The translations under genes were made by a program, and so were the position numbers. A DNA stretch of 60,101 nt, taken from positions 1-60,101 of the forward strand of contig JBDNFH010000127.1 of NCBI GenBank assembly GCA_041689915.1. Direction: 5' to 3'. Source of the DNA: Candidatus Nanopelagicales bacterium. Its GTDB lineage: Bacteria > Actinomycetota > Actinomycetes > S36-B12. The notes under the pieces are model-generated. The model was not told the DNA's origin. It was given only the letters and a program-made list of their open reading frames with translations, and searched no databases. Positions 53,443 through 60,101 of the stretch are shown here, piece after piece (position 1 is the stretch's first letter; every line of letters starts with the position of its first letter).

Positions 53443-54078
53443 CTACTCAACCGCGATTGCATCAAGTGTGAGATCTTGGGAGATGACCTGAGAGTCAATC
53501 AAAATTGGCTCAGACCACTCACCTGTGGCGCGTTGTGCATCCGCTGCCGCCGGATCGTAGTTTTCCCCAGGCGCAACTGGTAATCCGGAATCCGAGGGCA
53601 CCTCGGCAGCCTCTCCCACCGTTGCATTTGCTGGGGTCGCAATGCGAGCACCGGGTGCTGGCTTTGGTTTGCCTAAGACTTTTCCACTGGGAATTTGAAT
53701 AAAGGCAGGTGTTGAACTCGGAACCATTCCCAGGCTTCGAGCCTTTTCTTCCAAAACGGTGGGGGCCGCGAGTGCTGCAACACTTTCGGTCAACGTTGCC
53801 TCGGTGCGACTGAGTTCAGCCTGCGTGGATCTCAATTCGCTCAACGTGAAGGCTCCCTGGGCCAGGGTCGTATTGATGAGCAGCATGCCAAGGAGGCCAA
53901 CACCTAAAATACTTGCAAGCACGATCACAAACATGCCCCTGCTTGCCTTGCGAACGCGAATTGGTGCTACCAAACGTAGGTTCTCGCGTGTGCGTCGGCG
54001 CACTCCGCGTGTTGCGTACTCGGTGACCGACTCGCTTGGCGCATTGAGTGAATGGTCTAGTTGCGGTGCAGCGCTCAT
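53443..54078 (-). CDS. ftsL: FtsL-like bitopic septal membrane protein
   Basis: 211 aa with one TM followed by a short coiled-coil ([18 protein letters not shown]) and a Pro/Ala-rich tail. It is in the conserved rsmH-ftsL-ftsI position. Its ATG overlaps the rsmH stop (ATGA). The call rests on position and architecture only. Confidence 0.6.
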   Translation of the reverse strand: MSAAPQLDHSLNAPSESVTEYATRGVRRRTRENLRLVAPIRVRKASRGMFVIVLASILGVGLLGMLLINTTLAQGAFTLSELRSTQAELSRTEATLTESVAALAAPTVLEEKARSLGMVPSSTPAFIQIPSGKVLGKPKPAPGARIATPANATVGEAAEVPSDSGLPVAPGENYDPAAADAQRATGEWSEPILIDSQVISQDLTLDAIAVE

Positions 54079-55052
54079 GCGGCAACCCCTTCTGTCGTGT
54101 CATGCAAGCGAATACGCTCTGCTGCGCGAAGTCGTACTGATGCGGAACGAGGATTTTGTTCCATTTCATGTTCGGTTGCTTTTTCCGAACCGCGCGTCAA
54201 TGGCTTCAATTCAGGCTTGGCTGCTTCAGGTATTACCGGGAGGTCGTGCGGCACATTGGCCACACTGCGCTGGGTGAAAACTCGCTTGACAATTTTGTCT
54301 TCGAGTGATTGATAAGACATGGCGACAATTCGGCCGCCCATCGCTAATGAATCAATCGCACGAGGGATCGCTCGCTCAAGTACGGAAAGTTCGGAATTTA
54401 CTTCAATCCTTAAGGCCTGGAAGGTTCGCTTCGCAGGGTTGCCACCAGTGCGGCGTGCGGCTGCCGGAATTGCTTCTCTAATTAAGTTAACGAGGCGTGC
54501 CGAATGGTCAAATGGCTCAATCTCCCGTTCGCGAACTACTCGTTCTACGATGCGAGTCGCAAATTTTTCATCACCGTAATTGCGCAAAATTCGTACGAGA
54601 TGACCGGGCTCATAGGTATTCAACACTTCCGCCGCCGTCATTCCGCAGGATTGATCCATGCGCATATCTAGTAAAGTGTCAACCGAATATGAGAAACCGC
54701 GCCCAGGTTGATCAAGTTGCATACTGGAAACACCGAGGTCCAATAGAACCCCGTGAACACCAGAAAAATTGTGTTGAGCGAGCACCTCTGGTATTTGGTC
54801 ATAAACAGCGTGAACGAGAATTACCCGAGATCCAAACGGGGCAAGTCTTTGAGTTGACAATTCAATTGCACTGAGATCACGATCAAGCCCAATTACTGTT
54901 AATTCAGGGAAAGCGTTTAGGGCCAACGCACTATGCCCACCGTGCCCCAACGTTGCATCAATGAGGACCGCATTTGGTCGGTCAAGTGCGGGAGCCAGCA
55001 ACGCCAAAACCCGGTCTGCGAGGACCGGTGTGTGGCGGGGCTCAATGAACAT
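54075..55052 (-). CDS. rsmH: 16S rRNA (cytosine1402-N4)-methyltransferase
   Basis: 325 aa with the motifs HTPVLADRV and [10 protein letters not shown]. Confidence 0.95.
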   Translation of the reverse strand: MFIEPRHTPVLADRVLALLAPALDRPNAVLIDATLGHGGHSALALNAFPELTVIGLDRDLSAIELSTQRLAPFGSRVILVHAVYDQIPEVLAQHNFSGVHGVLLDLGVSSMQLDQPGRGFSYSVDTLLDMRMDQSCGMTAAEVLNTYEPGHLVRILRNYGDEKFATRIVERVVREREIEPFDHSARLVNLIREAIPAAARRTGGNPAKRTFQALRIEVNSELSVLERAIPRAIDSLAMGGRIVAMSYQSLEDKIVKRVFTQRSVANVPHDLPVIPEAAKPELKPLTRGSEKATEHEMEQNPRSASVRLRAAERIRLHDTTEGVAA

Positions 55053-55057
55053 GTGAT

Positions 55058-55201
55058 TTAGCTCCAGGTTCCAACGAGGATCGACAAGAAATAGACAACA
55101 CTTCCCGTTGCAATACCGGCTGTAACAACTGCTGCTCCGGTGCGAACTCCACTTGGGATCAGGTCCGCCTGATGGTGGAGATACTCGTTGATAGTGCTCA
55201 T
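55058..55201 (-). CDS. Possible 47-aa small membrane protein between the structured spacer and rsmH
   Basis: The ATG at 55201 is preceded by GAGGGAAAG about 11 nt upstream. The product is [47 protein letters not shown], with one C-terminal hydrophobic helix. The stop lies 5 nt before the rsmH ATG. The track version starts at a TTG at 55246. I recognise no homology. Confidence 0.3.
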   Translation of the reverse strand: MSTINEYLHHQADLIPSGVRTGAAVVTAGIATGSVVYFLSILVGTWS

Positions 55202-55278
55202 TACTGCTACTTTCCCTCGTGGAACACGATTCGCGGTCGGGTTCAAACTGGTTCTCTTTTTTAGTTAGAGTGCTGTGA

Positions 55279-55402
55279 TTGGCTCAATCAGGTCTCCGCC
55301 CGCTATAACCAACTCTCGCCAAAACCATGTTGTCTGTAGCGGGCCCTGGCATCGGGGAAGTGACGCCAGGATCAAAGAGCGGGTGGAGACCTCAGTGGCC
55401 AA
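55279..55402 (-). promoter_or_regulatory. Structured RNA in the mraZ-rsmH spacer, in the position of the actinobacterial mraW RNA motif
   Basis: A 14-nt stem joins 55378-55391 and 55291-55304 (13 bp plus one mismatch). An outer UUGGC/GCCAA helix joins 55398-55402 and 55279-55283. A perfect 6-bp inner hairpin joins 55345-55350 and 55365-55370. A competing 7-nt segment sits at 55338-55344. The element starts 7 nt after the mraZ stop. Confidence 0.5.
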
Positions 55403-55408
55403 GCCGCA

Positions 55409-55849
55409 TTAGAAGATTCCCGGTATTACCTCCCCACTCAAAGCGGAGAAGCCTGCTTCTTGACCTGCGAGGTATTCCGCCCACGCTGGCGCATTCCAAA
55501 TCTCAAGCGTTGTTCCATTGCCAACGACGACGACATCGCGATCCAAATCCGCGTACGAGCGCAGTTCCGCGGGAATCATGACTCGACCCTGACGATCTGG
55601 GATTTCGTCCACTGCACCGGAGAAGAGGACTCGAAGATAGGCGCGCACACTGGCATCGGAGCGCGAGGCCACGTTCAGGCGCTCCGCGTAGGAAGCGAAC
55701 TCTGCTGCTGGCCAAATCACGATCGAATGCTCTTGGCCGCGGGTGAATACCAATCCAGCTGCCAATCCTTCACGGTATTTGGCGGGAAGTACCAGGCGAC
55801 CTTTGTCATCAAGTCGGGGAGATTGGGTACCAAGAAACATGTGCCCCAC
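55409..55849 (-). CDS. mraZ: Transcriptional regulator MraZ
   Basis: 146 aa with two SpoVT/AbrB-like repeats, each carrying DxxGR (DDKGRLVLP, DRQGRVMIP). Confidence 0.95.
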   Translation of the reverse strand: MGHMFLGTQSPRLDDKGRLVLPAKYREGLAAGLVFTRGQEHSIVIWPAAEFASYAERLNVASRSDASVRAYLRVLFSGAVDEIPDRQGRVMIPAELRSYADLDRDVVVVGNGTTLEIWNAPAWAEYLAGQEAGFSALSGEVIPGIF

Positions 55850-55896
55850 CCCTCACTTTGACCTCATAAATCACCCGAGTAACTCCCAGCAGCGCC

Positions 55897-55924
55897 ATAT
55901 TACTCCATTTCCCTCCACAGTCAA
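55897..55924 (-). promoter_or_regulatory. Candidate housekeeping-sigma promoter of the mraZ/dcw operon
   Basis: The minus strand reads TTGACT (55924-55919), a 16-nt spacer, then TAATAT (55902-55897). This places it about 45-50 nt upstream of the mraZ ATG. Phased TGGNG boxes overlap it. Confidence 0.45.
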
Positions 55925-56042
55925 CCCCTTGACCCCAATTGGAATAAAAAATCCTCCACCACCTCCCGACTTCAGTTCCCCGCTCCACGCGAGGAGTGCC
56001 CACTTGACTTCAAATTGGGTATCTCGCCCTTAAGGTGAGGCC

Positions 56043-57146
56043 GTGCTTTCCCCTAAAATCCTGCTGATCGGCGCCGCGGGCCTGGCTTTGATCAGCGGTT
56101 GCTCCCAAACCGCAAGTCAAGACGTCACCGCCCCCAGCACTCCTGCTTCTCGTTCACCGACGACAACTACGACGCCCATACCGACACGCAGCCCAACCGG
56201 CGCACCAACACTTAATCCACTCACGGGATTGCCATTTATCGAACTGCCGCGACCAGCCCAGTTCGCGGGTATGCCCCAAGTGCTGGCGGTAAAAATTGAT
56301 AACACTCGCAATGCCCAGCCGCAGGCTGGCGTAGCTGCGGCCGATCTGGTCTACATTGAAGAAATCGAATACGGCATGACCCGCCTGGCCGCCATTTTCA
56401 GTTCAACCATTCCCGCTCGTATTGGACCGGTGAGATCCGCTCGAATCACAGACATTGACCTTCTGGGTCAATACGGGTCACCTGCTTTTGCCTTCTCCGG
56501 TGCCCAACGAAAACTCTGGCCAGCACTTGCAGCTGCGCCATTTATCGATGTTTCGGCCAATAAGGTTCCCCAGGATTACTCACGCGACTCGGCTCGGCGA
56601 GCTCCCTACAACTACTTTTTTGACGCTCAAACTGCGCTTACACGAGTTAAGGGTGTCTCAAAGGCAAAGGACATGGGTTTCACATTTGCGCAGGCAATTC
56701 CAAGTGGCGGATCTCCTGCCGCGAGCGCGGAACTCACTTGGCCTTCATCGACCCTCAAATTCCATTACAACCCGATCCGCGATCAATACGCTGTCCAACT
56801 CAATGGAGAGCGAGCCAGCGTTGAAAAATCTGTAGAAGGAGACGGCAAAGTTTGGGTTGACACTGCGGTCATTCAACTTGTGAAACAAACCCAGTCCGTT
56901 TATTTCGATAAAGGTGGCGGCAACACTCCACATGTCGAGACGATTGGTTCGGGAGAGGCAATAATCATGCGCAACGGCCAGCTTTTTCATGCAAAGTGGT
57001 CTCGGCCCGATTCTCAATCAGGAACAACCTTCACCGATGCCGCCGGTAACCCTGTTCCTTTTCACCCCGGACACACCTGGATTGCTCTGTATAGCAAGGA
57101 CCGTGTCGTCACGGTCAAAAGCAGTCAAGTAAGTCCTTCACAGTAA
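56043..57146 (+). CDS. DUF3048 (YerB-like) lipoprotein
   Basis: 367 aa with a signal peptide and lipobox (LALISGC), a Thr/Pro-rich linker and a conserved block, KIDNTRNAQPQAGVAAADLVYIEEIEYGMTRLAAIF. The start is GTG. Confidence 0.8.
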   Translation: MLSPKILLIGAAGLALISGCSQTASQDVTAPSTPASRSPTTTTTPIPTRSPTGAPTLNPLTGLPFIELPRPAQFAGMPQVLAVKIDNTRNAQPQAGVAAADLVYIEEIEYGMTRLAAIFSSTIPARIGPVRSARITDIDLLGQYGSPAFAFSGAQRKLWPALAAAPFIDVSANKVPQDYSRDSARRAPYNYFFDAQTALTRVKGVSKAKDMGFTFAQAIPSGGSPAASAELTWPSSTLKFHYNPIRDQYAVQLNGERASVEKSVEGDGKVWVDTAVIQLVKQTQSVYFDKGGGNTPHVETIGSGEAIIMRNGQLFHAKWSRPDSQSGTTFTDAAGNPVPFHPGHTWIALYSKDRVVTVKSSQVSPSQ

Positions 57147-57159
57147 TCAGGCGATAAAA

Positions 57160-58161
57160 CTAAGCACTCATCAACACACGATTACCGTTGGCTTTGAAAT
57201 AGAAAATCGCAAACTGACTAAACTCCCGAGCGATGATCAATCCGATTTCCGATTGCATACCCCACGCAATAAAGCCAGGTTCCCGGTGAACTTCATTGGG
57301 TGAGAACCCATCGGCTTCCCAGATGTCGGTGCAGTATTCCCGTAGTCGGGTCAAAAGCAGACCATTGGCTTTTTCGTTTTCCGTGATACTGGGGCGATCA
57401 GGTCCGGGGTTCCACGCCGTGATCATTACTCCACCTAATGCACGTTCACGTACTGCCTCAACGCACTCTTGCCAAACTTGAGAACCGAATGGGCGCATTT
57501 CCACATGCGCAGACTCATAAATTTCATGTAATTTTTCTCGAACGGAATCTGCAGGCTGCGCTAGCGCACACTGCAATGGACGACCTCCCGCGTCAACCAC
57601 CCCGATCCACACCCGCCACTGGTCACCAGCCTGCAGATCTTGCACCACTAAAGATTGCGTGTCCACCGCGAAAGCAATCACACTCCATCGGGTAATCGAT
57701 CCCGCCAGACCTACACCTGCCGCCTTGCCGACCGCTTCCTTGGCACATAAAAGTGCAATTGGACTGACAACCTTGGCAAGTTCTTGTTCACCTAAAGTGA
57801 ATGACCTCACGAGTCGACTAACATCTCGGTCAAGGAATTCGATATCAACCCCGATACTTGCACCAGCTGCAACTCCAATGGCACATTGGCCAGTATGTGA
57901 AATAGAGATGTAAGCTTCCGTCTCCCCACTAGCCCAACGTGGTGCGCCCAACTCCGAATAGATGAGTTCGCCGGTCGTATCGCCCAACAAATTGTGGACT
58001 GCCTGACGAGCGCAGTCCCGACCAAGTTCCCGCATTTCCAGAGCCGAATCAGAAGATTCGCCCGCAGAATTACGTGAGCCCAAAACCAGTTCAACACCCG
58101 GGAATGGCGCCTCCCACGGATGGAAAACGGGCAGAGAAACCATGACCAGAGTCTGTCCCAT
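57160..58161 (-). CDS. Sfp/EntD-type 4'-phosphopantetheinyl transferase fused to a DUF3293-like C-terminal domain
   Basis: 333 aa in one ORF. The N-terminal roughly 200 aa carry the PPTase motifs IGVDIEF and LLCAKEAVGKA. The C-terminal roughly 120 aa carry VMITAWNPG...ENEKANGLL...REPGFIAWG...AREFSQFAIFYF, the pattern I associate with DUF3293. Confidence 0.75.
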   Translation of the reverse strand: MGQTLVMVSLPVFHPWEAPFPGVELVLGSRNSAGESSDSALEMRELGRDCARQAVHNLLGDTTGELIYSELGAPRWASGETEAYISISHTGQCAIGVAAGASIGVDIEFLDRDVSRLVRSFTLGEQELAKVVSPIALLCAKEAVGKAAGVGLAGSITRWSVIAFAVDTQSLVVQDLQAGDQWRVWIGVVDAGGRPLQCALAQPADSVREKLHEIYESAHVEMRPFGSQVWQECVEAVRERALGGVMITAWNPGPDRPSITENEKANGLLLTRLREYCTDIWEADGFSPNEVHREPGFIAWGMQSEIGLIIAREFSQFAIFYFKANGNRVLMSA

Positions 58162-58265
58162 GTGAATTCAAAGACCGGTACGCCCCTCCCACTTACCGGC
58201 GTGACATAGTTGGCTACCAATTTATGGCGTTGCCGAGGCGCCAATGTGAAAAATGGAAGGAAGTT

Positions 58266-60101
58266 ATGTCCAGAGTGTTAGGTGAAGAGCAAGCATTCAC
58301 CGACACTGCCTATTCCCTTCTCGCATTTCAACGCGATCATTTAACGACCCGGATGAATAACCTCGCACACGCCCCCTCAACGGGAACAGGACAAGATGAC
58401 CTTGAGCGTGAGGCGCATGCCGACAATCTGCGCTCGCAACTGCGTTCAGTAGAAGCTGCCAAAAATCGTCTCTACTTCGGGCGAATCGACAGCGACACCA
58501 AGGAAACCCACCGAATCGGCCGAATCGGCCTGCGGACTGAATCAGGGGACATGGCACTTATTGACTGGCGCGCCCCCAACGCTGCACCTTTTTATCAAGC
58601 AACAACCGCGAACCGCATGAATACGGTCCTGCGCCGTCGGATTTCCATTAAATACCTTGATGGAAAACAAATGGTCACCCACGTTGACGACGAAGTTTTG
58701 ACCGAACCGGGTGAAGGCAGTTACCAGGCAGCCAAGGACGCAGTTGCGGCTCCAAGAGATGGTCGAATGGCCGATATTCTCGCCACGATCGCAACCGATC
58801 AAGACGTCATTATTCGCAGTCCACTCAATCAAATTACTGTTGTTCAGGGAGGCCCCGGAACGGGAAAGACAGTTGTCGCATTGCACCGTGCCGCCTGGTT
58901 GCTTTATACCTACCGCGAACGACTAGCAAAAGACGCCATCTTAATTGTGGGACCCAGCACTGCGTTCTTGAGATATATCGACCAAGTGCTGCCAAGCCTG
59001 GGTGAAACTGACATTGTGCTGTTGACCCCTGGGCAACTTTTTACGGGTGTCAATGCCACGCTTGATGACTCATTTGAGGTTTCTGGAGTCAAAGGCCGGG
59101 CAAAAATGGCACAGGTATTGACCAATGCTGTATCGCATTGGTCAAATATTCCAGACTCGCAAGTCAACATAACAACCGAAGGTGGGACCAAACTTCACAT
59201 TACGAGAGGGCAGATTCGCGATTGTGTGAAGTCCCTTTCAAAGCGAGGTACCTACCATTTAAACCGAGAGATTTTTCTTAAGCGCGTTCTTGAGTACTTG
59301 GCAAAAAACTTGGCCAATGACCAAGGTCACGAACAACTTGATTATGAAACACGCAGCGGACTGGTCGCTGATTTCATTGATGAGCGCAATGTACGCCGCG
59401 TATTGAATCTCATGTGGATGCCGACAACTCCACAAAAAGTTCTCACTAAAATATTCGCTGATCCAAGTTTTCTCCGACTTGTTTCACGTGATGAACTCTC
59501 GGTTCGTGAACAGGATTTGCTTTTTCGCGAAGCTGGAAGCCCATGGACCATTGACGACGTAGCCCTACTCGATGAATGCGCCGAGCTCCTTGGTGAATGG
59601 GTTCGCCCCGTAGCCACTTCCCGCGAATCACATTCTGACTACATGGAACTAGACGCCGGAGAAATGCGTTATGGGAATCGCGATGGTAGATCCGCTCGCA
59701 CATCCACCGTCGCTGAGCGCGCCTACCGTGACCGCGAGTGGGTCTACGGACATATCGTGGTCGACGAAGCACAGGAGTTAAGCGAAATGGCTTGGCGGGC
59801 AATACAACGTCGAGCAGTGCGCAAATCAATGACAATCGTCGGTGACCTTCAACAGTCTTCGCACCCTGCTGGTGCTCGAGACTGGAATGAGGCCTTAGCT
59901 TGGGCCGGTGAAAAACTAGCGTTGTTTAGGCTCAATGTCACCTATCGCATCACAGATGAAACCGTGCAGACCGCGATCGAGCAACTTGTTAGAGCAGGTG
60001 GGACACCACCTGAACTAGTCTCAATTAGAAACGGCTCCCCCACTGTCAATGTCGAGGTAAGCGAAAGTGACGTACTCGATTTCCTGACAAACACTATGGC
60101 A
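58266..60101 (+). CDS. helD: HelD-like UvrD-family helicase (RNA polymerase-associated), N-terminal 612 codons. The gene continues beyond the window end.
   Basis: Hand translation from the ATG at 58266 (SD GGAAGGAAG) is open to the window end. It shows LYFGRID...IGRIGL...LIDWRAPNAAPFYQAT, Walker A GGPGTGKT and motif II VVDEAQEL. It is missing from the ORF track because it has no stop. Confidence 0.88.
   Translation, partial: MSRVLGEEQAFTDTAYSLLAFQRDHLTTRMNNLAHAPSTGTGQDDLEREAHADNLRSQLRSVEAAKNRLYFGRIDSDTKETHRIGRIGLRTESGDMALIDWRAPNAAPFYQATTANRMNTVLRRRISIKYLDGKQMVTHVDDEVLTEPGEGSYQAAKDAVAAPRDGRMADILATIATDQDVIIRSPLNQITVVQGGPGTGKTVVALHRAAWLLYTYRERLAKDAILIVGPSTAFLRYIDQVLPSLGETDIVLLTPGQLFTGVNATLDDSFEVSGVKGRAKMAQVLTNAVSHWSNIPDSQVNITTEGGTKLHITRGQIRDCVKSLSKRGTYHLNREIFLKRVLEYLAKNLANDQGHEQLDYETRSGLVADFIDERNVRRVLNLMWMPTTPQKVLTKIFADPSFLRLVSRDELSVREQDLLFREAGSPWTIDDVALLDECAELLGEWVRPVATSRESHSDYMELDAGEMRYGNRDGRSARTSTVAERAYRDREWVYGHIVVDEAQELSEMAWRAIQRRAVRKSMTIVGDLQQSSHPAGARDWNEALAWAGEKLALFRLNVTYRITDETVQTAIEQLVRAGGTPPELVSIRNGSPTVNVEVSESDVLDFLTNTMA

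Noticed and set aside
58162-58265. A search for a rifamycin-associated element or other operator upstream of helD.
   Set aside because: Only short, weak inverted repeats are present (CCGGTA-N13-TACCGG, TTGGC..GCCAA). Nothing resembles a long GC-rich RAE-type palindrome.
58297-59835. Five minus-strand ORFs of 86-129 aa listed by the track in the last 1.8 kb.
   Set aside because: All are antisense shadows of the open-ended HelD-like gene on the plus strand, which has Walker A and DEAQ motifs.
1-60101. A scan of all intergenic gaps for tRNA, rRNA, CRISPR repeats, IS or transposase remnants, integrases, toxin-antitoxin pairs or defence genes.
   Set aside because: None were found. Apart from the mraZ-rsmH spacer, which the structured RNA and the possible small ORF account for, gaps are about 210 nt or less and are explained by promoters, leaders or structured UTRs. 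All ORFs of substantial length have housekeeping assignments.

Overview
This window looks like core, highly syntenic chromosome from an actinobacterium (Actinomycetota). I see no defence island, prophage, IS element, CRISPR array, tRNA or rRNA. Almost all genes are co-directional on the minus strand and tightly packed, often with 1-, 4- or 8-nt stop/start overlaps. Reading the plus strand left to right:

- carB (5' part), carA, pyrC, pyrB and pyrR, with a PyrR-type RNA hairpin over the pyrR ribosome-binding site
- pyk, gltD-gltB and lgt
- a DsbA-like oxidoreductase, then trpA-trpB-trpC
- an OmpR/HAMP two-component pair embedded in the trp cluster
- the actinobacterial HGxxPAAW and Trp-region membrane proteins, then trpE
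- hisI-hisF-priA-hisH-hisB-hisC-hisD
- a divergent LON-N-domain protein, ybaK and a 4-TM protein
- dnaE, rluD-like and lspA
- a lysine/alanine-repeat DksA/TraR zinc-finger protein, then ileS (plus strand)
- the complete dcw/fts cluster: yggT, sepF, yggS, pgeF, ftsZ, ftsQ, murC, murG, ftsW, murD, mraY, murF, murE, ftsI, ftsL-like, rsmH, mraZ
- a DUF3048 lipoprotein, a PPTase-DUF3293 fusion, and the 5' part of a HelD-like helicase

Actinobacterial hallmarks are bifunctional PriA, SepF with no ftsA, the HGxxPAAW protein, and a structured RNA between mraZ and rsmH.

Several ORF-track entries are over-extended at the N-terminus (gltB, hisD, trpC, ftsQ, murC, murD, murF). I give corrected starts that restore tight coupling with the upstream gene. 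Two real genes that run off the window edges (carB, helD) are missing from the track and were found by hand translation.

I do not see a convincing new multi-gene system. The points most worth a second look:

- the PPTase-DUF3293 fusion
- the two-component system embedded in the trp operon
- the histone-tail DksA-like protein with 36-bp tandem repeats
- the structured mraZ-rsmH spacer with alternative pairings, plus a possible 47-codon membrane ORF
- the repeat-rich ileS leader
- the missing divIVA at its usual position after yggT
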